The translations under genes and the position numbers were made by a program. Below are positions 9,086-19,550 of a stretch of 62,920 nucleotides of DNA, in pieces (position 1 is the first letter of the stretch; each line of letters starts with the position of its first letter). The stretch is from an uncultured Clostridium sp. (lineage in GTDB: Bacteria; Bacillota; Clostridia; TANB77; CAG-508). Where the stretch lies: the NCBI GenBank assembly GCA_930982035.1, contig CAKNJL010000005.1, positions 1 to 62,920 of the forward strand, written 5' to 3'. Under the pieces are notes generated by a model. It saw only the letters and a list, made by a program, of their open reading frames with translations, was not told the DNA's origin and made no database searches.

Positions 9086-12000
9086 ATGTATTTAAAAAGA
9101 TTAGAGTTACAAGGATTTAAATCATTTGCAGATAAAACAGTATTAGAATTTATGCCAGGAATTACAAGTGTTATAGGACCAAATGGTTCAGGAAAAAGCA
9201 ATATATCAGATGCAATTAGATGGGTTCTAGGAGAGCAAAGTATGAAATCTTTAAGAGGTTCTAAATCTCTTGATATCATCTTTGCAGGAACTCAGAACAG
9301 AAAATCATTAGGATTTGCAGAGGCGTCACTTGTATTTGACAATACAGATGGAAGTCTTCCTATAGAATATTCAGAAGTAACAGTTACAAGAAAGATTTAT
9401 AGAAGTGGAGAAACAGGCTATTACATCAACAAAGTGCCATGTAGGCTAAAAGATGTTTTAGAATTATTTATGGATACAGGAATTGGAAAAGATGGATATT
9501 CTATTATTGGACAAGGGAAGATAGATGAAATTTTAAGTAATAAATCAGAGGATAGAAGACATATTTTTGAAGAGGCAGCAGGTATTGTTAAGTATAGGGT
9601 AAGAAAAGTAGAGAGTGAGAAGAAGTTAGAACACACAAAACTAAATCTTCTTAGAATTAATGATATATTAGCTGAAATCGAGACAAATTTGGATCCTTTA
9701 AAAGTTCAATCTGAAAAGGCTAAAAAATATTTGAATCTAAGAGAAGAATTAAAAAATATAGAAATTGGTTTGTTTTTATATAATATCGAAAAATACAAAA
9801 AAGACCTAGAAGAAATCGTAAGAGATGAAGAGGTATATAAAGAACAATGTAATGAAGAAGAGGGAAGATTAGAAAGAATAAAAGCATTAAAAGAAGAGTT
9901 GAAATCTGAAATTGATAGCATAACAGAATCAATAGAAGAGATGTCAAATTTAGGTTTTGAAAGCAAAAAAGAAATCGAAATGTTGAACTCAGATATTAAT
10001 GTGTCTAATACAAGAATTGAAAATAACAAACAAAACAAGGAAAGATTTGAAAAAGAGATAGAAGAATTATCTGCAAGAATTAATGATTTAGAAGAAGAGA
10101 AAAAACAAAAAGAAGAAAAAAAGGAAAATTTAAAAACTAATAAAGAAAAGTTTGCAAAAGAACTAGAAGAAAAAGAAAAAGAATTAGCTGAAATTACAAA
10201 AAAATTGTCTGGTAAAGAATTAGAAATAGAAGAGCATAAGAAAAAAGTAGAAGAAAACACAGATAAAAAATATGAATTACAGTCAAATATTAGTGAACAA
10301 GATATCAATTATCAAAACTACAAAAAAAGACAAGAACAAATAAAGAATGAAATTGCTGGAAATATCTCTGAATTAGACAATACAAGGATGAAAAAGGAAG
10401 AAATATCAAAAGACTTCTATGAGATTGAAAGTAAAAGAAATAAAATTTTAGCAGATTTAGAAGATGTTAATAAACAAAAGCAAGAGGCAGATAGAAAATT
10501 AAAAGATTATGAAAGTAAAATTAATATGCTTTCAGGAGAAAAGAGAATTAAAGAATCAAAACTAAAATTTTTAATAGAAACAGAAAAAGAAAAAGAAGGA
10601 TATATAAAAAGTGTAAAGTCACTTCTAAAAGACTGTGAAACAATAAAAGAATTAGGAATAGGTATGCATGGTGTTTTGGCAAATATCATAGAAGTTCCAG
10701 AAGAATATCAAACAGCAATAGAGATGTGTTTAGGAAGTAGTCTTCAAAATATAGTAACAGAAAATGAAGAAACAGCAAAAAGATTAATAGAACATTTGAG
10801 AAAAAATAATTTAGGAAGAGCATCATTTTTGCCAATAACTTCAGTAAAAGGTAAAAAAATTGATAGGATAAAAGGAAAAAATAATGGAATTATAGGAATT
10901 GCATCAGACCTAGTTAAATATAACAAAAAATATGAGAATATCATATTAAACTTATTAGGTAGAACTGTTGTTGTACAAGACATGGAAACAGCAATTAGAG
11001 TGGCAAAAGATAATGGATATTCTTTTAGAATAATTACATTAGAAGGTGATGTAATAAATCCGTCAGGAGCAATTACTGGAGGTTCAGTAGCAAAGAAAAC
11101 AGTTAATATTTTAGGAAGAGGCAGAGAAATTGAAAAATTACAAAAAGAAATTAAAAATCTGGAAGAGCAAATACAAAAATTAGAGAAGGAAAAAGAGGAA
11201 TACCAAAATTCTATAGAGGATGTTATAGAAGAATCAGCTCTATTTGAAAAAGAATTACAAGAAATAGAAATCAATTATGCAACAGGAAAAGAAAAAATAA
11301 ATGCTATAGAAGAAAATATCAATAGAGTAGAAACTAGACTAAATAAATTAAAAGAAGAAAGCAAAAAACTAGAAGAACAAAAAGAAGAAAGTCTAAAAAA
11401 TAAAGAGGATTTACAGGAAAAAATAGAAACTATAAATGAAGAAAATGAAAAATCAAAAAAGATAATTACAGAATTTGCAGACTTAAACAAAGATAATCAA
11501 AAATATGTAGACGACTTAAATTTTGATATAACAAATTTGAAAATATCTGTATCATCTTTTGATGAAAGTGAAAGCTCAATAGAAGAGATTCAAGAAAGAA
11601 TCAATTCAGAAATAAATAGTACAAATAAAAGTATTCAAAATAAAAAAATACAAATAGAACAAATTGTAAAAGATAATTCTGATTTGGAAGAATCAATCAA
11701 AGAAACTAAAGAAAAAATAGATAAGATAAAAGAAGAAGTAGAAAACAGTGGGTCTAAAATTGAAGAATTAAAAGAAAAAAGAACACAGAAAAATGAAAAA
11801 CTTGCTAAAGAAGAAGAAGAGATTAATACTAAATTTAAAACAATAGAAGACTTAAAAGCACAGATTGTAAAAGTAGATGTAAAGAAAACTAAGCTAGAAG
11901 AAGACATCAATGAAATAATTAACAAGATGTGGGAAGAATATGAATTAACACCAAATAATGTTGAAGACTATAAAAAGCCAGATAATGTACAATTAACACA

Positions 12001-12637
12001 GAAAAAAGTTAAAGATTTGAGAAATCAAATTAGAGAATTAGGAAGTGTAAATATAGATTCTATAGATGAATATAAAAATCTAAAAGATAGATATGATTTT
12101 ATGTGTGAACAAAGAGTGGATTTAGAAAGCACAATGGCAAAATTAAGAAAAATTATTTCAGATATGACAAGTATTATGAAAGAACAATTTAAAGAAAAAT
12201 TTGAGATGATTAATAAAAATTTTGCAGAAGTGTTTAGAGAACTGTTTGGCGGGGGAAATGCAAGTTTGACATTAGAAGATAAAGAAAATATTTTGGAATG
12301 TGGAATAGAAATAACAGTACAACCTCCAGGAAAAAAATTACAAAATATGATGCTTTTATCGGGTGGAGAAAAGGCATTTACAGCAATAGCTTTATTGTTT
12401 GCTATATTGAAAATTAATCCAGCCCCATTCTGTGTGTTAGATGAGATTGAAGCTGCACTAGATGATGTAAATGTTTATAGATTTGCTGAATATTTGAAGA
12501 AGTTTTCTAAAAATACACAGTTCTTGGTTATTACTCATAGAAAGGGTACTATGGAAGTGGCAGATACAGTTTATGGAATTACCATGGAGGAAAATGGTAT
12601 ATCAAAATTGTTGTCGATGAAATTGAAAAATGAGTGA
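9086..12637 (+). CDS. smc: chromosome segregation protein SMC
   Basis: GPNGSGKSN Walker A, long coiled coils, hinge, LSGGEK, LDEIEAALD; 1183 aa. Confidence 0.98.
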   Translation: MYLKRLELQGFKSFADKTVLEFMPGITSVIGPNGSGKSNISDAIRWVLGEQSMKSLRGSKSLDIIFAGTQNRKSLGFAEASLVFDNTDGSLPIEYSEVTVTRKIYRSGETGYYINKVPCRLKDVLELFMDTGIGKDGYSIIGQGKIDEILSNKSEDRRHIFEEAAGIVKYRVRKVESEKKLEHTKLNLLRINDILAEIETNLDPLKVQSEKAKKYLNLREELKNIEIGLFLYNIEKYKKDLEEIVRDEEVYKEQCNEEEGRLERIKALKEELKSEIDSITESIEEMSNLGFESKKEIEMLNSDINVSNTRIENNKQNKERFEKEIEELSARINDLEEEKKQKEEKKENLKTNKEKFAKELEEKEKELAEITKKLSGKELEIEEHKKKVEENTDKKYELQSNISEQDINYQNYKKRQEQIKNEIAGNISELDNTRMKKEEISKDFYEIESKRNKILADLEDVNKQKQEADRKLKDYESKINMLSGEKRIKESKLKFLIETEKEKEGYIKSVKSLLKDCETIKELGIGMHGVLANIIEVPEEYQTAIEMCLGSSLQNIVTENEETAKRLIEHLRKNNLGRASFLPITSVKGKKIDRIKGKNNGIIGIASDLVKYNKKYENIILNLLGRTVVVQDMETAIRVAKDNGYSFRIITLEGDVINPSGAITGGSVAKKTVNILGRGREIEKLQKEIKNLEEQIQKLEKEKEEYQNSIEDVIEESALFEKELQEIEINYATGKEKINAIEENINRVETRLNKLKEESKKLEEQKEESLKNKEDLQEKIETINEENEKSKKIITEFADLNKDNQKYVDDLNFDITNLKISVSSFDESESSIEEIQERINSEINSTNKSIQNKKIQIEQIVKDNSDLEESIKETKEKIDKIKEEVENSGSKIEELKEKRTQKNEKLAKEEEEINTKFKTIEDLKAQIVKVDVKKTKLEEDINEIINKMWEEYELTPNNVEDYKKPDNVQLTQKKVKDLRNQIRELGSVNIDSIDEYKNLKDRYDFMCEQRVDLESTMAKLRKIISDMTSIMKEQFKEKFEMINKNFAEVFRELFGGGNASLTLEDKENILECGIEITVQPPGKKLQNMMLLSGGEKAFTAIALLFAILKINPAPFCVLDEIEAALDDVNVYRFAEYLKKFSKNTQFLVITHRKGTMEVADTVYGITMEENGISKLLSMKLKNE

Positions 12638-12823
12638 ATTTAATATGTATATTAAAGAATGTAAGTCTAAATATGTTATAAAATTTTTGACTAAAAATTT
12701 TGGATATGCAAATAAAAATGTAATCTGTTTCATTATATGCTGTATTTTATGTAACATGAGATAATTAAATGATAAAAAACAAAACAACTAGTATGTTGTA
12801 AGTAAGGAGAAGAAATAAATACA

Positions 12824-13324
12824 ATGAAAGCTATTTTTTTAGATATTGACGGTGTACTAAATTCGGACGAATACTTTGATAAGGTTAGTAACTTAAATAT
12901 ACAAGGAATAGAACAAGAAATTGACATAGAAAAAATAAAATTATTAAAAAAAGCAATAAATGAAACCGGAGCAAAGGTTGTATTAAGTTCATCATGGAGA
13001 TATACAAAAAAAGCACAACAACTCAAAGAATTATTAGCAAATTATGAGATTTGTGTAGATACAACACCATTTATACAAAATAGAAGAGGTTTAGAAATAA
13101 AGAAGTATTTATTGGAACATAAATGTATAGAAGATTTTGTTATATTAGATGATGAAGTATTTGATTCTTATGATGATGTGTTAATAAAAAAATTAGTAAA
13201 AATATCAAATAAAAATGGTCATAGTCTCGGAGAAGGATTGCAGCCTAAAGATGTAAATGAAATTATAGAAAGATTAGGAAGAAAAAAGGTAAAAAATGAA
13301 ATAGAACAAGAATTAGAAAGATAA
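12824..13324 (+). CDS. HAD-domain protein (Swiss-army-knife RNA-repair-like HAD)
   Basis: IFLDIDGVLN, VVLSSSWR, FVILDD. Confidence 0.75.
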   Translation: MKAIFLDIDGVLNSDEYFDKVSNLNIQGIEQEIDIEKIKLLKKAINETGAKVVLSSSWRYTKKAQQLKELLANYEICVDTTPFIQNRRGLEIKKYLLEHKCIEDFVILDDEVFDSYDDVLIKKLVKISNKNGHSLGEGLQPKDVNEIIERLGRKKVKNEIEQELER

Positions 13325-13447
13325 ATTACCATTTAGATTTATGGCGATATGATGTATTGAATTATTATACAATAGAGATAAAACAAAAAAGTAGCATTTT
13401 GTAAATACATCACAAATATAAAAGTGTTAACTACTGTAAGTAAATAG

Positions 13448-14107
13448 TTACAATATAATTTTGCAAAAACCAATTATAATAAGCAAAATACCAGAAATTG
13501 TAGACCAAATATTATCAGGCAATTTATTGAATGAATAAAGTTTTTTTCCACAATAGTTTCCAATATTCAAGAAAAATAATTGAAAAAAACTAATTAATAA
13601 AGGAAACAAAATAGAAAAAGTATTTATCATACTAAAACCAATTCCAATACAAAAGCTATCTAAAGAAAGTGCTAAACCAAGAAAAAGTGCTTCTTTAGAA
13701 TCTATTGTATTGGATTTATCTAAATCCGAAGATGTCGGATTTTTAATAATTTTTATGGTAATACCAAGACATTTAATAAAAAAAGAATATATTTTTTCAG
13801 TATCATTCAAATTTGTATCAGAACTAATTTTACAATCTTTTTTATTATTTCTTAGAGCTTGGAAACACATAAAAAATCCCATAAATATCAAAATAAAACT
13901 TCCCAAGTAATCAATAATAAAATCAGGTAAAAAATATTTCAAAATATTTCCAAAATAAATAGAAATTGTAGAAATAGTAAAAGCAACTAAAAATAAAATA
14001 AATTTTGCAAATAGAGTTATTTTTGTATTTTTTATTCCATATGTAATTCCAATTCCAAGTGAATCTATACTACTAGAAATCGCTAAAAATAAACAGTTAA
14101 GTAGCAT
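13448..14107 (-). CDS. YtaF/MntP-family sporulation membrane protein
   Basis: SSSIDSLGIGITYG and EALFLGLALSLDS repeats; several TM segments. Confidence 0.8.
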   Translation of the reverse strand: MLLNCLFLAISSSIDSLGIGITYGIKNTKITLFAKFILFLVAFTISTISIYFGNILKYFLPDFIIDYLGSFILIFMGFFMCFQALRNNKKDCKISSDTNLNDTEKIYSFFIKCLGITIKIIKNPTSSDLDKSNTIDSKEALFLGLALSLDSFCIGIGFSMINTFSILFPLLISFFQLFFLNIGNYCGKKLYSFNKLPDNIWSTISGILLIIIGFCKIIL

Positions 14108-14275
14108 TATAACCCCTCCATTAAAGATATGCTAATAACATAATATGAATTACATAATTAAATTGTGTAAAAATATGGACACACCTGAATACAAAATTAG
14201 TAATAAAAATAATTTACATGAATACAATTACAAAGAAAAGGGACAAGATAAGTCCATACAAAGGAGAGGAAGAAT

Positions 14276-16882
14276 ATGTGGGAAACACTTAGAAAAGAAG
14301 AAGTTGAAAGAAAACTTGGCACAAATTACAAAAAGGGATTAACTAATGAGGAGGTTTCAAAAAGGCAAAATCAATATGGCAAAAACGAGTTGGAAAATGG
14401 CAAAAAAGAAGGAATTATTATTAAATTCTTCAAACAATTTAATGATTTTATGATTATCGTTTTAATCATGGCATCTATTGTATCAGCAGGAATATCATGG
14501 TATCAAGGGGAAAATGACTATATTGATTCCATTATAATAATTGCCATCGTAGTACTAAATGCATTAATGGGAGTATTACAAGAAGCAAAAGCTGAAAAAT
14601 CTATAGAAAGTCTAAAAAAGATGACACCACAAATGTCAAAAGTTATAAGAGAAGGAAAAGAAAAAGAGATTGAGTCAGAAGAATTAACAGTAGGAGATAT
14701 TGTCATATTAGAAGCGGGAAATAGTGTACCAGCAGATTGTAGAATTATAGAAAGTTACAACTTAAAGATAGAAGAATCTAGTTTAACAGGAGAGACTCAA
14801 GGAATCGAAAAAGATGGAAATGTGATTTGTAAAAAAGGTATACCATTAGGTGACATTGTAAATATGGCATTTATGGGAAGTACAGTTGTAAATGGACATG
14901 CAAAAGTTGTAGTAACAGACATAGGTATGAATACCAAAGTAGGAAAAATTGCAAATATGATAATAGAAAATGAATCACCAGAGACGCCAATACAGAAAAA
15001 ATTAAATCAAGTAGGAAAAATATTAGGAGTCATTTGTCTAATAATATGTTTAGTAATATTTGTTATAGGAATCATAAAAAAGATACCTCCAATGGAAATG
15101 TTTATGACATCAGTAGGCTTAGCAGTTGCCGCAATACCAGAAGGTTTGCCAGCAATAGTAACAATAATGTTATCAATAGGTGTGACTAAGATGTCAAAAA
15201 GAAATAGTATTATCAGAAAATTACCAGCAGTTGAAACACTAGGAAGCAGTAATGTTATATGTTCTGATAAAACAGGAACATTAACACAAAATAAAATGAA
15301 AGTAGTAGAGATAAAATCAGAAAATCCAAATTTAGCAATGGAACTAGGAGCAATGTGTACAGATAGTAAAATAGAAATAAACAATGGAAAAGTAGAAGTA
15401 GTAGGAGAACCAACAGAAATAGCATTAGTCGAAGTTGCATATAAAAATAGATTAGATAAAAATGAACTATATAAGGCAAAACCTAGAATAAATGAAATTC
15501 CATTTGATTCAAATAGAAAGATGATGACAACAATACATAAATTAGAAAATGGAAAATATAGAGTCATAACAAAAGGAGCACCAGATATATTATTAAATAG
15601 GTGTATAGGAATAAATAAAGAAAAAATATTAAAAGAAAATGAAAAAATGGCAAATAAAGCATTAAGAGTAATTGCAGTTACATATAAAGATATAGATACA
15701 ATTCCAAATAAAATAGAGAGTAGTAGTATAGAAAAGAATTTAAACTTTGTAGGATTAATAGGAATGATAGACCCTCCAAGAGAAGGTGTAAAAGAAGCAG
15801 TTGAGACCTGTAAAAAAGCAGGAATCAAAACAGTAATGATAACAGGAGACCATATTGCAACTGCAAAAGCAATTGCAGAAAAAATAGGAATATTAACCAG
15901 AAAAGACAAAGCAATTACAGGAGCAGAATTAGATGAAATAAATCAAGAAACATTTGAAAAAGAAGTTCAAAATTACACAGTTTTTGCAAGAGTAACACCT
16001 GAACATAAAGTAAGAATAGTAAAAGCATGGCAAAAAAAAGGAGCAGTTGTAGCAATGACAGGAGATGGTGTAAATGACAGCCCAGCACTAAAAAGCGCAG
16101 ATATAGGAATAGCAATGGGAAAAGGAGGAACAGATGTAGCCAAAAATGCATCTGATATGATTTTAGTAGATGATAATTTTGTAACAATTGTTTCAGCAGT
16201 AAAACAAGGAAGAAATATATATGATAATATAAGAAAAGCAATCCATTTTCTAATTGCAACAAATATAGGAGAAATTGTAACTATATTTATGGGATTGGTA
16301 TTAGGACTTAAATCACCATTACTTGCAATACAATTATTATGGATAAATTTAGTAACAGATTCATTACCAGCAATAGCAATAGGCTTAGAACCAGCAGAAA
16401 AAGATATAATGGAAAGAAAACCAGTAGACTCTAAAAAAGGAATATTTGCAGATGGTTTATGGGGCAAAATTATAGTAGAAGGTATTATGATAGGAATGCT
16501 AACATTAATAGCATTTAGTATAGGAAATAAATACTATGGTGTAGAAGTAGGAAGAACAATGGCTTTTATAAGCATGGGACTATTAGAACTTGTCCACAGC
16601 TTTAATATAAAAAGTGAAAAATCTATCTTCAAAACAGGAATATTAGAAAATAAATATCTAATAGGAAGTTTTGTTTTAGGAGTTTTTGTACAAACAATAG
16701 TTGTACTAATACCAGCATTAGCAGAAATATTCAATGTAGTTAATTTGAACTCAACTCAATGGTTAATCACATTAGCTATTTCTATATTACCGATACCAAT
16801 AATCGAATTACAAAAAATTGTAAATGCAAAAAAATGTCCAATTGGGGACGTTTCTGTTTTGGACATTTATAAAAATGTATAG
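14276..16882 (+). CDS. cation (Ca2+-type) translocating P-type ATPase
   Basis: LTGE, PEGL, DKTGTLT, KGAP, MITGD and TGDGVND motifs. Confidence 0.95.
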   Translation: MWETLRKEEVERKLGTNYKKGLTNEEVSKRQNQYGKNELENGKKEGIIIKFFKQFNDFMIIVLIMASIVSAGISWYQGENDYIDSIIIIAIVVLNALMGVLQEAKAEKSIESLKKMTPQMSKVIREGKEKEIESEELTVGDIVILEAGNSVPADCRIIESYNLKIEESSLTGETQGIEKDGNVICKKGIPLGDIVNMAFMGSTVVNGHAKVVVTDIGMNTKVGKIANMIIENESPETPIQKKLNQVGKILGVICLIICLVIFVIGIIKKIPPMEMFMTSVGLAVAAIPEGLPAIVTIMLSIGVTKMSKRNSIIRKLPAVETLGSSNVICSDKTGTLTQNKMKVVEIKSENPNLAMELGAMCTDSKIEINNGKVEVVGEPTEIALVEVAYKNRLDKNELYKAKPRINEIPFDSNRKMMTTIHKLENGKYRVITKGAPDILLNRCIGINKEKILKENEKMANKALRVIAVTYKDIDTIPNKIESSSIEKNLNFVGLIGMIDPPREGVKEAVETCKKAGIKTVMITGDHIATAKAIAEKIGILTRKDKAITGAELDEINQETFEKEVQNYTVFARVTPEHKVRIVKAWQKKGAVVAMTGDGVNDSPALKSADIGIAMGKGGTDVAKNASDMILVDDNFVTIVSAVKQGRNIYDNIRKAIHFLIATNIGEIVTIFMGLVLGLKSPLLAIQLLWINLVTDSLPAIAIGLEPAEKDIMERKPVDSKKGIFADGLWGKIIVEGIMIGMLTLIAFSIGNKYYGVEVGRTMAFISMGLLELVHSFNIKSEKSIFKTGILENKYLIGSFVLGVFVQTIVVLIPALAEIFNVVNLNSTQWLITLAISILPIPIIELQKIVNAKKCPIGDVSVLDIYKNV
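16831..16868 (+). repeat. single REP-like unit, family C, inside the ATPase 3' end
   Basis: AAATGTCCAATTGGGGACGTTTCTGTTTTGGACATTT closely matches the arms at 26727-26810. Confidence 0.8.
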
Positions 16883-16966
16883 AATGTATTGAAAAATCAT
16901 GCGAATTGTATTAAGATAAATGTCAGTAGATTGTAGTAATGTCATTTTTCTAAAGGGGGAAACAAG

Positions 16967-17818
16967 ATGAAAAGGGACAACATTATTGGAAAAGAAATTG
17001 TGGTTAAATTTGAAGGAGGAGAATGTGAAAACTATATACCTCGGATAAAAAGAGTGGAGATAATCCGCCGTTGCCCAGAATGGTGGGCTGTTGCAAAATG
17101 CTGGGGAAGAGAAAAAATAAGAGGAACTTGGCAGGATAAATATGTATTAGAAGAACTTTCTAACCCTTTTACCATAGATGGACTAGAAGGATGGAAAACT
17201 TGGCCAGAGCAATCCAAAAAAATTGGTCAAATTTATGGAAAAGGTGAAGATGAAAATGGAAGAGAAATCAAAAGTGCCAGAAGTTTAACAATTGAAGATA
17301 TAAATCAATTGTTAGGAATAACTATTGACTGGGATAAAGGAATTGTCAGAATGGATGATAAGATAGTCTATTTTAATGAAAATTTAGGTCAAGTAGTAAA
17401 TTACTGGCAGAAAAAACTGAAAACAAAAAAGAAACTTGTAAATAACATGTATTCTTTAACAGAAATTACAAAAAGAGAAATAGAGTTGTTAACTACACCT
17501 AAAGATAGATGGGGTAATGACAATTTAAGAGCTAATATTTTAGGCTCTACTTATATGGGGAATTCAGAATTAGGAGTATACATACTCACTAATCAGGAAG
17601 TTATACCAGTTAAGTTATTTTCATTATATGGCAATGAAGAATATTCGGTCAGTGGAAGAATTCGACCAGTTATATTCTTTGAATCCGAAGAACAAAAACC
17701 GTTAGAAGAAGAAGCTAAAGAAATAATGGAACTGATTGAAGAAAAGGTAAAAATAGGTTTACCAGAAAAAGTGAAAAAAGATTTTGCAGATATTATTGAA
17801 ATATTAAAACGTGAATAA
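16967..17818 (+). CDS. hypothetical protein sharing motifs with the pilin-like protein at 34505
   Basis: 283-aa ORF with SD AAAGGGGG; motifs ARSLTIEDINQ and IRPVIF; atypical codons (CGC, CGG, CGA). Confidence 0.65.
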   Translation: MKRDNIIGKEIVVKFEGGECENYIPRIKRVEIIRRCPEWWAVAKCWGREKIRGTWQDKYVLEELSNPFTIDGLEGWKTWPEQSKKIGQIYGKGEDENGREIKSARSLTIEDINQLLGITIDWDKGIVRMDDKIVYFNENLGQVVNYWQKKLKTKKKLVNNMYSLTEITKREIELLTTPKDRWGNDNLRANILGSTYMGNSELGVYILTNQEVIPVKLFSLYGNEEYSVSGRIRPVIFFESEEQKPLEEEAKEIMELIEEKVKIGLPEKVKKDFADIIEILKRE

Positions 17819-17838
17819 GAATAAGCCACAATACAGAA

Positions 17839-17858
17839 CGCGGTCAAATTTGACCGCG
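17839..17858 (+). terminator. intrinsic terminator
   Basis: CGCGGTCAAATTTGACCGCG palindrome followed by a T-rich tract. Confidence 0.7.
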
Positions 17859-17948
17859 TATATTTTTAATGATAGTAGAAATTATTTAGAGTGCATTTTG
17901 TTGGACTTTTGTAATTTTTAATGGTATAAAAATTATGAAAAACATTAA

Positions 17949-18410
17949 ATGAAAAGAAAGAGGGATAAAATGACAGATGAATCAATGCCAATAATTATAT
18001 TTTGTGGAATATGTGGATTGATAGGGATCATATTTTGTATAATAGGGATAGCGTTGTTAAGAAATAGAAAATCAAAAGAAAAAAGATGTACATCAACAGC
18101 ATTTGGAAAAGTAACAGATATAGTTATGCACAGGACTAGAGATATTGATAGCAATGCATATTCAACTAGTTGGTATCCAGTATTTGAATATGAAGTAGGA
18201 GGACTCAAGTTTGTAAAAGAATCACATTATGGAAGTTCTCAATCTAAATATGCAGTAGGGCAAGAAGTAGAAGTTCGCTATAACCCAGAAGATCCTCATG
18301 ATTATTATATCGTAGAAAAATTTATTCCTAAAACATTAGGTACGGCTTTAACAATTTTAGGATTACTTTTTTGTATGGGAGCAATTGTTTTTGCAATAAT
18401 ATTATTATAG
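17949..18410 (+). CDS. DUF3592-like membrane protein
   Basis: TM - YPVFEY..G...YAVGQEVEVRYNPEDP - TM architecture; true start may be ATG 17970. Confidence 0.75.
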   Translation: MKRKRDKMTDESMPIIIFCGICGLIGIIFCIIGIALLRNRKSKEKRCTSTAFGKVTDIVMHRTRDIDSNAYSTSWYPVFEYEVGGLKFVKESHYGSSQSKYAVGQEVEVRYNPEDPHDYYIVEKFIPKTLGTALTILGLLFCMGAIVFAIILL

Positions 18411-18584
18411 TGAAATGATTAGATAATAAATGAATTTAAATAGGATACTTGTAATTGTTGCTAAATTTTATTTGGGATAAAGCTAATTATAAAAAAACAA
18501 TAATGTTTTAAGTTTTTGAATATTAAGCTGATAATATTAAGAGAAGAATGGGTTGATTATAAATAAATTGAATAAAAAAGATAA

Positions 18585-18614
18585 AGGATGGGAAACTGAA
18601 TTCAGTTTCCCATC
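18585..18614. terminator. hairpin terminator between convergent genes
   Basis: GGATGGGAAACTGAATTCAGTTTCCCATCC palindrome. Confidence 0.7.
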
Positions 18615-18625
18615 CAAAAGATTTT

Positions 18626-18838
18626 TTAAAGATTTGCAAAATATCCTGCGTTGCAGGAATATTCGCAATATGGGCTAAATTGCCCATTTGTAATTGTCCC
18701 GAATCTGGCAATTGTAAGTTTACCAGAGGGAAGGAGAATGTCAACAGACATACCTCTTATTCTCGAGACTATTTTTCCTATTTTCTTAGTTGTTCCGGCA
18801 AGAAAAACTTCCTTGCCTATAAATTCTACTGGTTGCAT
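18626..18838 (-). CDS. small hypothetical protein (70 aa)
   Basis: SD AAGGAGG, promoter TTGTAT-17-TACAAT (18926-18898) and a downstream hairpin. Confidence 0.6.
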   Translation of the reverse strand: MQPVEFIGKEVFLAGTTKKIGKIVSRIRGMSVDILLPSGKLTIARFGTITNGQFSPYCEYSCNAGYFANL

Positions 18839-19050
18839 AAAGTTAGTCCTCCTTATGATGTATATTTTTTCCTCTCAATTTTGAAAGGTATAATTATATT
18901 GTACCACTTTTTTATCAAAAATACAAATTATGGAAGAAGAAAATTGCAAATTTTTTCATCGGTTTAAGCTCATAATATATGATAACTTGTAATTTTTATA
19001 TAGTACTATCAAATTACAAATCAAAAAATTTTTAATTATAATTAAAAACA

Positions 19051-19187
19051 AATAATTCGAGCCAGGTCACAAAATATATTTTTATAAATACATTTGAAGA
19101 AAATATCAATTCAAATATATTATAGCAATGAAACATGTCAAATTTTGTCGAAATAAAAATACATTTTGTGACCTGGCCCGAATTGTT
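19051..19187. repeat. REPIN-like doublet, family E
   Basis: Arms AATTCG(A/G)GCCAGGTCACAAAAT(A/G)TATTTTTA in inverted orientation around an AT-rich spacer. Confidence 0.85.
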
Positions 19188-19202
19188 CAAATTGTTTGTA
19201 AT

Positions 19203-19379
19203 TTAATAAGAATATAAAAGATCTTCAATAACATCAGCAATTTCAGAGACTGAATGATCTGCTTGAATCAAGAAGTTTGGATGTCCTTTAAATTCTCCAT
19301 TATAAATAGAAATAGTAATTTGACCAGTAATATTACCAACAACTCTACTATCCTTATCGTGTAATTTTACAACATTCAC
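19203..19379 (-). CDS. small hypothetical protein (58 aa, absent from ORF track)
   Basis: GTG start, SD AAGGAGG at 19393-19387 and an upstream TG-N-TATAAT; MNVVKLHDKDSRVVGNITGQ...EDLLYSY. Confidence 0.6.
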   Translation of the reverse strand: MNVVKLHDKDSRVVGNITGQITISIYNGEFKGHPNFLIQADHSVSEIADVIEDLLYSY

Positions 19380-19550
19380 CTTTTTTCCTCCTTTTCATTG
19401 GTTAACAGTCAACATTATAACAAAACGAAAAAAAGAAAGATGTCGAAACTTGTCATAAAAATAAAAAAATTCAAAAAAATTTAATAAAGTATGGTAAAAT
19501 TAAAAAAATGATATATAATAAAACAAAAAGAAACAAGGAGAAAAAAGCAA

